Below are positions 26,545 through 35,563 of a DNA stretch of 64,000 nt, in pieces. The position numbers and the translations under genes are program-made. Numbering within the stretch: the stretch's first letter is position 1; each line of letters starts with the position of its first letter. This stretch comes from an uncultured Imperialibacter sp. (GTDB lineage: Bacteria > Bacteroidota > Bacteroidia > Cytophagales > Cyclobacteriaceae). The stretch covers positions 2,886-66,885 of the forward strand of contig CBFGTI010000005.1 of assembly GCA_965651695.1 (NCBI GenBank). The letters run 5' to 3'. The notes below the pieces were generated by a model. It saw nothing but the letters and a program-made list of their open reading frames with translations. It was not told where the DNA came from and ran no database searches.

Positions 26545-27654
26545 ATGCATTTTTCGTTTAAAGGAACCTTCTTTTGCCTGGCATGTACTGCCGGTCTATT
26601 TATATTACTTCATTTTGGCAAGCCCCTGATTATTCCCCTTTCAATGGCGCTTCTGCTGGCATTCATTTTATATCCACTTTGCAAGCGGCTTGAAAATTTG
26701 GGGCTCAACCGCATTTGGGCAACGGTAGCCTGCCTGTTTGGTCTTTTCGTGGCGGCAGCCGGCACCATGTTTTTGTTCTCGAGGCAAATTGTGACAGTGG
26801 CAGGCCAGTTTTCCGATTTTCAGTTTAAACTGCTCACGCTGTTAAGCGACGGGTTAAAGTTTGCGCACGACAAGATCAGCATAATCCCCTACCTGGGTAT
26901 CTATAGCTTAATGGAAAAGGGGAAAGAATGGCTGCAGGAGTCGGGTGAAGGCTTGGTAACCGACACCTTTACGCAAACCGCCTCCCTGGTATCGGGCTTT
27001 ATCATGGTGGTGGTGTTTACCTTTCTGCTGCTCATTTACAGGCGCGGCCTTGTGGAAGCCGCAACCCGGTTTGCAGCACCCGAAAATAAAACCAAAGTGG
27101 TGCGGATGATCTCCCGCATGCAAAAGGTGGGAAAACAATATGTATTTGGCATGGCCATTATGATATGTATCCTTGGCTTTGCCAATAGCCTGGCTCTTTT
27201 ACTTATCGGCATCGATCACGCCTTCTTTTTCGGTTTCATGGCGGCCATTCTGGCCGTTATTCCCTATGTGGGCACTACACTGGGCGCCGTAGTGCCTGCC
27301 ACCTATGCTGCTATGACACACGACTCGCCGTTCGTTCCGTTGCTGGTAATCGGGGCCTTTGCGGTTATCCAGATTGTGGAAGGCAATTATCTTAGCCCAA
27401 AAATTGTGGGGGGACAGCTCAATGTAAACGCCCTGGCGGCCATTATTACGCTGGTAATCGGCGGATACCTGTGGGGTATAGCAGGTATGGCCCTGTTCTT
27501 ACCGCTCACCGCCATACTAAAAGTATTCTGCGACTACTTTACAGAGTTGAGGCCGTTGGCGACCTTTCTGGGACCGGAGCTTAACGCTGAAGAAGAGACT
27601 TTGGACGCAATAAACCCCGTGCTCGAACCCGCACCTACCAAACCTGCCGATTAA
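26545..27654 (+). CDS. AI-2E family transporter (PerM/UPF0118)
   Basis: ATG at 26545. The protein has about 8 TM helices and the family-typical C-terminal core (…VIPYVGTTLGAVVPA…QIVEGNYLSPKIVGGQLNVNALAAII…). Confidence 0.9.
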   Translation: MHFSFKGTFFCLACTAGLFILLHFGKPLIIPLSMALLLAFILYPLCKRLENLGLNRIWATVACLFGLFVAAAGTMFLFSRQIVTVAGQFSDFQFKLLTLLSDGLKFAHDKISIIPYLGIYSLMEKGKEWLQESGEGLVTDTFTQTASLVSGFIMVVVFTFLLLIYRRGLVEAATRFAAPENKTKVVRMISRMQKVGKQYVFGMAIMICILGFANSLALLLIGIDHAFFFGFMAAILAVIPYVGTTLGAVVPATYAAMTHDSPFVPLLVIGAFAVIQIVEGNYLSPKIVGGQLNVNALAAIITLVIGGYLWGIAGMALFLPLTAILKVFCDYFTELRPLATFLGPELNAEEETLDAINPVLEPAPTKPAD

Positions 27655-27737
27655 CGAATAGCAACCGGCCAAGAGCAAACATTAGTCAATCAACCCCGGT
27701 GGTTAGTTCCCTCGGACAGAAACACACATCAACACTT

Positions 27738-28808
27738 ATGAAGACGATATATAAAGTACTGATAGCAATAGTAATTCTACTGGTAGGGTTTCGAATTTAC
27801 CTCCCATACCTGGTGACAGATTACGTGAACAACTCTCTGCAGGAAATACCGGACTATACAGGTGGCATTACCGACGTAGACATTCACCTTTACCGCGGAG
27901 CTTATGTGATAGACAGTTTAAAGATACTGAAAGTTGAGGGCGATGTACCCGTACCGTTTGTAGCCATCGACCGGGTTGACCTTTCCGTAGAGTGGGGTGC
28001 ATTGTTCAAAGGCGCTATCACCGGCGAAATCCACCTCACCAATCCCGAGCTCAACTTTGTCACTTCGCGCGACACTGCCAACGCCCAGAACGGTGAAAAT
28101 GTGGACTGGACGAAGCCCATAAAAGAGCTTATGCCGCTCAAAATCAACGTATTTTCAACCACAAACGGCACTATTCACTACCGCGACTATGAGTCTGAAC
28201 CTGCCGTAGATGTATTCATTAAAAACCTCGATCTGAGAGCCGAAAACCTCTCCAACGTGGAGTACGAGGGCGACACGCTTCCCTCTTCTCTCCGAGCCAC
28301 CGGCACCTCTCTTGGGGGCGGCAAATTGCTGATACACGGAGGTCTTAACCTCGTAAAGCAAGTACCTGATGCCGACCTTGAGCTGGAGTTTGAAGGCGTA
28401 GACATCACCTCCCTCAACGATTTCCTGGAGGCATACGCTAAAATTGATGCAGAAGCAGGCACTTTTTTTCTTTACAGCGAGGTGGTAATTAAAGATGGCT
28501 TGATGGAGGGATACGTCAAACCCGTTATTCGCGACCTGAAGGTGGTGAACCTGGAAGATGAGGACAAACCGTTTATTAAGGCGTGGGAGGTAGTAGCTGG
28601 CGGTGTTGCCGAACTGTTTGAAAACCAGCCGGAGGACCAGGTTGCTTCAAGAATTCCGCTCGAAGGCGATCTTAATAAGCCGGACACAAAAGTGCTTCCC
28701 ACTATTTGGGCTGTGTTTTCCAATGCCTTTATTGAAGCCTTTTCGCTTGAAACCGATGATCAAATCAACTTTTCGGCCGACAGCGAACAGGGAGGCGAGG
28801 GCGGGTAG
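27738..28808 (+). CDS. DUF748 domain protein (AsmA-like superfamily)
   Basis: ATG at 27738 with an N-terminal anchor. YLPYLVTDYVNNSLQEIPDYTGGITDVDIHLYRGAYVIDSLKI matches the DUF748 N-terminal signature. Confidence 0.8.
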   Translation: MKTIYKVLIAIVILLVGFRIYLPYLVTDYVNNSLQEIPDYTGGITDVDIHLYRGAYVIDSLKILKVEGDVPVPFVAIDRVDLSVEWGALFKGAITGEIHLTNPELNFVTSRDTANAQNGENVDWTKPIKELMPLKINVFSTTNGTIHYRDYESEPAVDVFIKNLDLRAENLSNVEYEGDTLPSSLRATGTSLGGGKLLIHGGLNLVKQVPDADLELEFEGVDITSLNDFLEAYAKIDAEAGTFFLYSEVVIKDGLMEGYVKPVIRDLKVVNLEDEDKPFIKAWEVVAGGVAELFENQPEDQVASRIPLEGDLNKPDTKVLPTIWAVFSNAFIEAFSLETDDQINFSADSEQGGEGG

Positions 28809-28844
28809 CGTGCGCCGGTTTGCAGAGCAAGGAGTCTTGCGAAC

Positions 28845-30479
28845 TCAGTCCTTTTTTTCGCCGGGCGTGATACTCGATTTCAGGCCCGAAAACAGCGACT
28901 CCCACCAATAGTTAAAAATTGATTTCTTTCGGTTGCGCTCGGCAGCAATTTTGCCCGTGCGGAATTTCTCCCCCGGCGAATTATCCGTTTTGGCCACGAA
29001 CGAATTAACGAGCCATGTGCCGATGTCTTCGCCTATGTCGCTCACAAACCCGTTTCCCTGCCTGTCGAGCAGTTTCACCTTCAGGCCGCTGTAGGCAAAT
29101 CTTGCTTCACCGTCCGATTTGTCGTCGTCGTAGGTGAACTCAAACTCGAGCTTGTCCACCACGCCCGACTCAATGGTTACACCGGCGGAGTGCTGCAGTA
29201 TGGTATTTAAGCTTTTCATCTCAATTTTGCCAAGTGTGCCGTAGGTTACGTGCTGGCCGGCACCCTGCTGCAGTGGAATTTTAAAAAGAGCATCAAGCCT
29301 TCCCTCGCCCATCACCAATGCGGTGGCCTCCATGGTGGCCACCACGGCGGAGTCGTTGCGGATAGGCGTAATTTTTGCCTCCAATTCCTTAAAAGACACA
29401 TGTCCCGGCTCATTGCCCTTTTCCGCGTATTCCTCATAAACCACCTCGCTTTGGGTTAGCACTGTGGTGTCGATGATGAGCGTGAACGGGATCTGCCGCA
29501 GCATTTGATACGGCATTGGCCGGTCGGCCCTGTCGGGAAACGGCCACCTTTTGTCTTTGAAAACGTGCCCATTAAAGCCCTCAATCTCCAGCAAAGGGAT
29601 CTTCACCACCCCATCCCCAAAGGCTCGCTTCGGGTTTGCAATTTTTGCGTTTATCTGTCTGATTTCCATCGACAGCCAATCGACCTGATGCCCCTTGATC
29701 TCACTTAGCTCGTACTTGTCGTACAACGAGTAAATCCTGACACCCGAAAATGCCAGCTCTCCCGAGGGGAAGCTAAATGCCGTGGTGTCGGTGCCCACAG
29801 CTGTTACTCCACCTTCGGTATAGAATGTAGCCTCGAACAGGCGTACCGTGGAGGTATCCGCCTCCAGGGGGAAGTCCTCAAAGCCGCCGAATCCCAGGTC
29901 GTTGCCACCGGCGTCGAAGTTGGTTTCAAACACCTTTCGCCCATTCCTAACCCATTCAAATCGCCCGTTGCTGATGCCAAGGCTCCCTACGTAGAAAGTG
30001 AGACTATCGGAATTGTCAGCTTCACTTTTCAAGGTCACGGACCGGGTCGCCGACCGGGTCGCCGACCGGGTACTGTCTGTTTGGGTAGTAAGCATTGCCA
30101 GGGTAATGTTGGGGCGCTCGATCGAGACGTCGTCAATTCTCACTTCGTCGCTAAAAAGCAGCGCCAGCAGGCCAAGGCCCGAGAACTCAATACGCTCGGC
30201 CGTGAAGTGTGGGAGTAGCAGCAGGCTGTCGTGAATGTGGATGTAAGTGCTGTCGTTGCTGAAAAGCTGTAAATTGTTGAGCGCTACCGCCGGAGGGAAA
30301 AAGCGCACATCGGGGTTATCATGTTTTACTTGATACTTGCCACTGGTAGCTGATTGCACCAACGTAGCTATTTTGGCTGACACGTAGCTATCGGCCCGGG
30401 AAGACACCACCGCCACACCCACCCCCAAAAGAACGGCGATAATAGCAACGGAGGTCCTTACATTAACTTTTTTTGTCAT
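28845..30479 (-). CDS. Membrane-anchored AsmA-like/DUF748-like hypothetical protein with an internal TRSA tandem repeat
   Basis: 544 aa with an N-terminal anchor (SVAIIAVLLGVGVAVV). It is beta-rich with no catalytic motifs. It contains TRSATRSATRSV, encoded by a 12-bp tandem repeat. Confidence 0.6.
   Translation of the reverse strand: MTKKVNVRTSVAIIAVLLGVGVAVVSSRADSYVSAKIATLVQSATSGKYQVKHDNPDVRFFPPAVALNNLQLFSNDSTYIHIHDSLLLLPHFTAERIEFSGLGLLALLFSDEVRIDDVSIERPNITLAMLTTQTDSTRSATRSATRSVTLKSEADNSDSLTFYVGSLGISNGRFEWVRNGRKVFETNFDAGGNDLGFGGFEDFPLEADTSTVRLFEATFYTEGGVTAVGTDTTAFSFPSGELAFSGVRIYSLYDKYELSEIKGHQVDWLSMEIRQINAKIANPKRAFGDGVVKIPLLEIEGFNGHVFKDKRWPFPDRADRPMPYQMLRQIPFTLIIDTTVLTQSEVVYEEYAEKGNEPGHVSFKELEAKITPIRNDSAVVATMEATALVMGEGRLDALFKIPLQQGAGQHVTYGTLGKIEMKSLNTILQHSAGVTIESGVVDKLEFEFTYDDDKSDGEARFAYSGLKVKLLDRQGNGFVSDIGEDIGTWLVNSFVAKTDNSPGEKFRTGKIAAERNRKKSIFNYWWESLFSGLKSSITPGEKKD
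30040..30071 (-). repeat. In-frame 12-bp tandem repeat (coding strand GCGACCCGGTCG, about 2.7 copies)
   Basis: The plus strand reads gaccgggtcgcc gaccgggtcgcc gaccgggt and encodes TRSA TRSA TRS. The same 12-mer family occurs as a non-coding tandem at 5956-5991 and as a single copy at 61602-61613. Confidence 0.85.
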
Positions 30480-30507
30480 GCTTTTATGTTGTACGGCAAG
30501 GCAGGCA

Positions 30508-30538
30508 TAAAAAAAGGAGGCTGTTAGATAAGCCTCCT
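30508..30538 (-). terminator. Rho-independent terminator (minus strand) after the small lmo0937-type gene
   Basis: Perfect 8-bp stem AGGAGGCT / AGCCTCCT with an 8-nt loop. The plus-strand A-run at 30509-30515 is a U-run on the minus-strand transcript. Confidence 0.65.
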
Positions 30539-30567
30539 GTGAGAATCTATTTAATTAACTGGGTAGT

Positions 30568-30714
30568 TTATCGTCCTCGGATCAACCGAAATAACACCGC
30601 AATCACTGCAAAGACCAGGAGTATATGTATCAAGCTTCCAATACTGAAAACAAAAACCCCTAAAACCCAACCAATCAGCAGGATAACAGCTATCAAATAA
30701 AGCAGATCACTCAT
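30568..30714 (-). CDS. lmo0937-family small membrane protein (48 aa, below the ORF-track cutoff)
   Basis: Manual translation gives MSDLLYLIAVILLIGWVLGVFVFSIGSLIHILLVFAVIAVLFRLIRGR*. This is the two-helix pattern and the ...IHILLV...RGR tail typical of that family. Confidence 0.75.
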   Translation of the reverse strand: MSDLLYLIAVILLIGWVLGVFVFSIGSLIHILLVFAVIAVLFRLIRGR

Positions 30715-31071
30715 GGTTCTAAAATCAGGCGTTGATGATGTGCCTCTGCCTAAGGAAAAAGTCGTGCCTATCGAAAAAAATGGGTTTCTACGGGATTTTC
30801 AATGTCATTGGGGAAAATTATCCACAATCATGTGTAGAATTTTCTCCCCAACTGCCTTCCACAGTTTTAATCCGGCCTCGGAATGAGGGCATTAGATTTT
30901 GGTATGATTATTAGTTAATACACCCCGTTGACAAAGAACAGAATATTCGAGAAGCCGATTCCTCATAGTAAAATGCACAAGATGTGGAGCTATCGGGGTT
31001 ATAAATTGTTTGGAGTTAAAATTATTCACGGTTCCCGGTTCGCCTGGAGTTTTTTTATAAATGCTTTGTTA

Positions 31072-31431
31072 ATGAGAATTTTAATAGTCGATGATGAACA
31101 GGAAATCTGTTTGCTTCTCCGTCAGCTTTTAAAAAAAATGGGAGTAGACGCCGAGGTCGCGCATACAATATCAGGCGGATTGGAAACGTTTTCCACATAT
31201 CATTATGATGTTGTCTTCCTGGACATTAATTTACCTGATGGAAGTGGGCTTGACTTGATACCGAAGCTCAAAGCAGTAAATCCCGATACCAAAATTATTG
31301 TGATTAGTGCTTACACTTCCAAAACTGAAGTGAAGAAAGCGGTGGATATGGGGATATATCAGTTTGTGGGTAAACCCTTCTCCAAAAACACAATTTCTGT
31401 GATAATTCAAAACATTCGTGACCACAGTTGA
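31072..31431 (+). CDS. Stand-alone response-regulator receiver (CheY-like)
   Basis: ATG at 31072 gives MRILIVDDEQE… Acceptor context VVFLDINLPDGSG, plus the conserved …VISAYTS… and …KPF… positions. Confidence 0.85.
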   Translation: MRILIVDDEQEICLLLRQLLKKMGVDAEVAHTISGGLETFSTYHYDVVFLDINLPDGSGLDLIPKLKAVNPDTKIIVISAYTSKTEVKKAVDMGIYQFVGKPFSKNTISVIIQNIRDHS

Positions 31432-31452
31432 TCTAAAACCAGGCGTGCGTAT

Positions 31453-32844
31453 ATGGAACGAATTTTAGTAATAGACGATGATTTTGACATTTGCCATCTT
31501 CTCAAAAAGTTTCTTCAAAAGAATGGTTACGATACCGAATATGCTCTAAACGGACAAGAGGGCGTTCAACTTCTCAAAAAGGAAAGCTTCAACCTGATAC
31601 TGTGCGACTATAAGTTACCCGATTCCAACGGGATAGAGATACTTCAAAAAATCAAAATCCTCAACCCATCGGCTGCGGTAATTATAATCACCGGCTATTC
31701 CGATGTTAAAACCGCCGTAGAAACGCTCAGGCACGGTGCATTCGACTACGTAACCAAGCCGCTGTACCCCGATGAAATACTGGTGACCATACAAAACGCC
31801 ATTAAAAGTAAATCGGCAGCAAAAGAATACCCCACTACCGTCCCGGCTGCTACCCGGCATCATGCCGAGGTAAAAAATTCACGGTCGTTTATATTCGGAA
31901 AAAGCGTACAGGCCGAGCTGGTACAAAAGCACATAGACCTGATAGCCCCCACCGATATGTCGGTGATAATTACCGGTGAAACCGGTACAGGCAAAGAGTT
32001 TGTGGCCAATGCCATTCACCAGAAAAGCAAAAGAAAAAACGGACCTTTTGTTGCAATCGACTGCGGCGCTATTCCCAAGGACCTTGCCGGGTCGGAGCTA
32101 TTTGGCCACGTAAAGGGCGCATTTACCGGCGCTTTGGCCGACAAAAAAGGGAGCTTTGAGATGGCTGACGGCGGAACGCTCTTCCTCGACGAAATTGGCA
32201 ACCTTTCGTACGACAACCAGGTAAAGCTGCTGCGGGTGCTACAGGAGCGCCAGATAAAGCGAGTGGGTGGCAATAAAGATATACCTATAGACGTGCGGGT
32301 GCTGGTAGCAACTAACGAAAATCTGAAAGATGCCACCCGCGAAGGCCGCTTTCGGGAAGATATCTATCACCGGCTCAATGAGTTTTGCATAGACCTGCCC
32401 CCGCTTCGGGAAAGAAGGGAGGATATTGAAATTTTCGCCGAACATTTCCTTGCCCTGGCAAATTCCACGCTCAACAAATCGGTGCTGGGCTTTGACGAAC
32501 AAGCAAGGCAACACCTGAAGGAATACTACTGGCACGGCAACCTGAGAGAGCTGCAGAATGTGATAAAACGGGCTGTATTGCTATGCCAGAAGGACTTTAT
32601 ATCTCCTACGTGCCTGCCGGAGGAGATTGTAAACCCCGAGGTAAATGGGTTTACCGACCAGAAAAGCATGCTCGTACCCAACTCCGACGACCTGAAATCT
32701 GCCTCAGAAAATGCTGAGCGGATTGCCATCATGAATACATTAAAAAAAGTAGGATACAACAAAACCAAGGCTGCTCATGCATTGAACATCGACAGGAAAA
32801 CGCTCTACAATAAGCTGAAGGCCTACGATATCAATTATAAGTAG
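31453..32844 (+). CDS. Sigma-54-dependent (NtrC-type) response regulator / bacterial enhancer-binding protein
   Basis: Receiver domain (LILCDYKLPDSNG). AAA+ domain with Walker A GETGTGKE and the sigma-54 contact loop ELFGHVKGAFTGA. C-terminal Fis-type HTH (…KTKAAHALNIDRKTLYNKLK). Confidence 0.92.
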   Translation: MERILVIDDDFDICHLLKKFLQKNGYDTEYALNGQEGVQLLKKESFNLILCDYKLPDSNGIEILQKIKILNPSAAVIIITGYSDVKTAVETLRHGAFDYVTKPLYPDEILVTIQNAIKSKSAAKEYPTTVPAATRHHAEVKNSRSFIFGKSVQAELVQKHIDLIAPTDMSVIITGETGTGKEFVANAIHQKSKRKNGPFVAIDCGAIPKDLAGSELFGHVKGAFTGALADKKGSFEMADGGTLFLDEIGNLSYDNQVKLLRVLQERQIKRVGGNKDIPIDVRVLVATNENLKDATREGRFREDIYHRLNEFCIDLPPLRERREDIEIFAEHFLALANSTLNKSVLGFDEQARQHLKEYYWHGNLRELQNVIKRAVLLCQKDFISPTCLPEEIVNPEVNGFTDQKSMLVPNSDDLKSASENAERIAIMNTLKKVGYNKTKAAHALNIDRKTLYNKLKAYDINYK

Positions 32845-32911
32845 TGTTCGCATTCATGCATCAAGTTCTTTTTTTGCAAGCATTTGTGCCCCCTGCCCTA
32901 TTGTTAATGAC

Positions 32912-32927
32912 TGGTACTTTCATTGCC
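32912..32927 (+). promoter_or_regulatory. Candidate sigma-54 (-24/-12) promoter TGGTACtttcaTTGCC
   Basis: The GG and GC dinucleotides have the canonical 10-nt spacing and match TGGYAC-N5-TTGC. The site is intergenic, oriented toward the hybrid kinase gene and about 115 nt upstream of ATG 33042. Confidence 0.45.
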
Positions 32928-33041
32928 CACCGGCTATTCCTTTTATTCCCGGCGGCATTCTGCTCCCACATTTTCAAAAAGCAGGCTACTCAGGTGCTTC
33001 CGGTCCAGCGCTTATTGTGAGCCCAATTAACTGTTGGTAAT

Positions 33042-34517
33042 ATGGATAAACTGCCCGAAAATGAAGTAATAAAAATCCTCCTTGTGGATGACGACGAAGA
33101 TGATATAATTCTCACGAAGGACATACTCGACGACATGGAGCAGTTCGACTACCATCTTGACTCGACTATGCGATACGACGACGCTTTCGACCAAATACTT
33201 AAACATGAGCACGACATATACCTTGTCGACTACAGGCTTGGCAAAAAAGATGGCATAAGGCTGATAAAGGAAGTGCTGGCTTATAACAGTACCCTGCCCA
33301 TTATCTTGCTTACTGGCAAAGGCGACAAAAACGTTGATCTGAAAGCCATGCAGGAGGGTGCCTCCGACTTTTTGGTGAAAGGGGAAATAACGCCTCAGCT
33401 GCTGGAGAGAAGCATTCGGTATGCGATAAAAAATGCCGAGGCTTTCCGGAAGGTGAAAGAAAGCGAGAATAAGTTCAGGCAGCTTTTCGAGCGGTCGATC
33501 GACTCCATTTACGTTACCAGCATCGACCACGTATTTGAAGATGTGAACCCCGCCCTCCTGGAGTTGCTGAAATACGCCTACGACGACATTGTAGGCACTG
33601 CTATGTCGCGCCTCTTCAACAACCCCGACGACTTTCACTCTTTTACCGACACGCTGATAAAGGATGGCGGCCAGATACGTGACTTCGAAACCGAGCTGGT
33701 GGCAAAAGACGGTAAAGTACACTGCTGCCTGCTGGCTTCGGTACCGCTTACAAATGCCCAGGGTGTGGTCATTGGCTTTCAGGGGATTATTCACGATATC
33801 ACCATGAGAAAGCGGGCTGAAAAGCAGCTGATAGCCGCCGAGCGCCTTTCAATGACCGGTAAAATTGCGCGAAGTATCGCACACGAGGTGAGGAATCCGC
33901 TTACAAACCTCGGCCTGGCAGTGGAGCAGCTCCAGGACGAGCTGACGCTGGAAAACGAAGATGCCAAGCTCTACTTCGATATTATTAAAAGAAACTCCGA
34001 AAGAATTGACCAGCTTATTAGCGAAATGCTTAATTCCTCGCGCCCCCGGGAGCTCAACCGGGCCGGCCACTCGCTAAACGAACTGGCAACCAACGCCCTG
34101 GAGCTTGTTAAAGACAGGCTGATTTTAAAGGAAATGAGGGTACATACCGGGCTCGACGACTCACTGCCGCCGGTGTTTATCGATATGGAGAAGATGAAAA
34201 TAGCCGTGGTTAACATCCTCGTAAATGCTATTGAAGCCATGGAAGAAAAAAAAGGGCTGCTTACGTTGTCCACCACACATAACCGCGAGTATGCTGTGCT
34301 TTCGATAAAAGACAATGGCACCGGAATTTCGGAGGAAGACCTGACGAAACTGTTCGATCCATTCTATACAAAAAAACAAGGTGGCATGGGCCTGGGGCTT
34401 ACCTCCACACACAATATTGTGCACGGCCACAGCGGCTCCATTGAGGTTGAAAGCAAGTTTGGCGAAGGTACCACTTTCTCCATCTCGCTTCCGCTCTTCC
34501 GCGGCAGCCAAAAGTGA
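33042..34517 (+). CDS. Hybrid sensor: receiver + PAS + HisKA + HATPase histidine kinase
   Basis: N-terminal receiver (ILLVDDDEDD…YLVDYRLGKKDG), a PAS-like segment, H-box SIAHEVRNPL, N-box NILVNAIEAM and G-boxes DNGTGI / GGMGLGL. Confidence 0.9.
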   Translation: MDKLPENEVIKILLVDDDEDDIILTKDILDDMEQFDYHLDSTMRYDDAFDQILKHEHDIYLVDYRLGKKDGIRLIKEVLAYNSTLPIILLTGKGDKNVDLKAMQEGASDFLVKGEITPQLLERSIRYAIKNAEAFRKVKESENKFRQLFERSIDSIYVTSIDHVFEDVNPALLELLKYAYDDIVGTAMSRLFNNPDDFHSFTDTLIKDGGQIRDFETELVAKDGKVHCCLLASVPLTNAQGVVIGFQGIIHDITMRKRAEKQLIAAERLSMTGKIARSIAHEVRNPLTNLGLAVEQLQDELTLENEDAKLYFDIIKRNSERIDQLISEMLNSSRPRELNRAGHSLNELATNALELVKDRLILKEMRVHTGLDDSLPPVFIDMEKMKIAVVNILVNAIEAMEEKKGLLTLSTTHNREYAVLSIKDNGTGISEEDLTKLFDPFYTKKQGGMGLGLTSTHNIVHGHSGSIEVESKFGEGTTFSISLPLFRGSQK

Positions 34518-34785
34518 AGTTTACCCCTTCGAAAACCCCTGCCCCACAGTTTGCCTGGCGCGAGCTATCTTGCATTAGTACTTCCTGCAATAACCCGGAA
34601 AAAACTAAAATAAACTTCTATAATTACTATTTTTTCTTGAAATATTCCAATTTTACCCACTTTGCCCGCTGGGGAAATTTTTTCCTCACCTGCTTCTTCT
34701 TGTGAGTATTTATCTCAACAAAGACTGGGTAAAAAACCCATTATTACGATCGAATGGCAAATGGCATTCTATATGTATAGCTCCC

Positions 34786-34801
34786 TGGCAGAAACACTGC
34801 A
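34786..34801 (+). promoter_or_regulatory. Candidate sigma-54 (-24/-12) promoter TGGCAGaaacaCTGCA
   Basis: Canonical GG-N10-GC spacing with a good match to TGGCAC-N5-TTGCA. It lies 20 nt upstream of ATG 34821. An imperfect palindrome GAATGGCAAATGGCATTC sits at 34752-34769 just upstream. Confidence 0.5.
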
Positions 34802-34820
34802 TTTTTAAAATATATCAGTC

Positions 34821-35276
34821 ATGAGTTACGAACAAGATCTAATACACAGTCTCAATGACCTCATTGAGAAGAACTACGATGCAAAGAAGGGGTTTGAAAA
34901 TGCCTCTGAAAATATCTTCGATCAAAACCTGAAGGAATTCTTTGCATCCTGCGCAAGACAACGCTTTCAATTTATACAGGGGCTCAACAGGGAAATAATC
35001 CGCCTGGGGGGCTATCCGGAAGGCTTAAGACTGAATGAGGAAGTGCACATGACATGGATGGATATTAGAAGTGCTTTGGCCAACTACAACGAGAACAAAG
35101 TATTGAAGGAGTGCATAAGAGGAGAAATGGCGGCACTGGACGAGTACCGCGAAATAGCAGAGACACGGTCGTTGCCCCTTACCACCAGAAACCTGATCGA
35201 GATACAGATGGCGGCCATACAGGAGCGCATCAACTCCCTGAAACTGCTGGTAAAGCAATATGCCATGGCCAGCTGA
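34821..35276 (+). CDS. PA2169/DUF2383-family four-helix-bundle (ferritin-like) protein
   Basis: LNDLIEKNYDAKKGFENASE…LKEFF…GGYPE…WMDIRSAL…VLKECIRGEMAALDEYREI follows the DUF2383 pattern. Confidence 0.8.
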   Translation: MSYEQDLIHSLNDLIEKNYDAKKGFENASENIFDQNLKEFFASCARQRFQFIQGLNREIIRLGGYPEGLRLNEEVHMTWMDIRSALANYNENKVLKECIRGEMAALDEYREIAETRSLPLTTRNLIEIQMAAIQERINSLKLLVKQYAMAS

Positions 35277-35307
35277 AATTAGTTTAATAGTTATTTCTGA
35301 TACAATG

Positions 35308-35341
35308 AGAGGTTAGTCTTGCAGCGATTAACCTCTTTTTT
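35308..35341 (+). terminator. Rho-independent terminator
   Basis: AGAGGTTA … TAACCTCT forms an 8-bp stem with a 13-nt loop, followed by TTTTT. Confidence 0.55.
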
Positions 35342-35563
35342 GTTACAAATAGATTACTGGGCCAAACACCGGAAGCTCCGGGAACAGGGGCGACAAATAC
35401 GACAATAGATAGCTTAATCGTTAAACGTATAATTCTCGTCACAATTCTGGAAATATATTCTACAACATGGATACGGATCGAATGAAAATTGCTCACAAAG
35501 TTGCCAAAATCAACGTGGCAAGGTTTTTAAACCTCCTATCGTGTTTCACCAAAATATAATATC

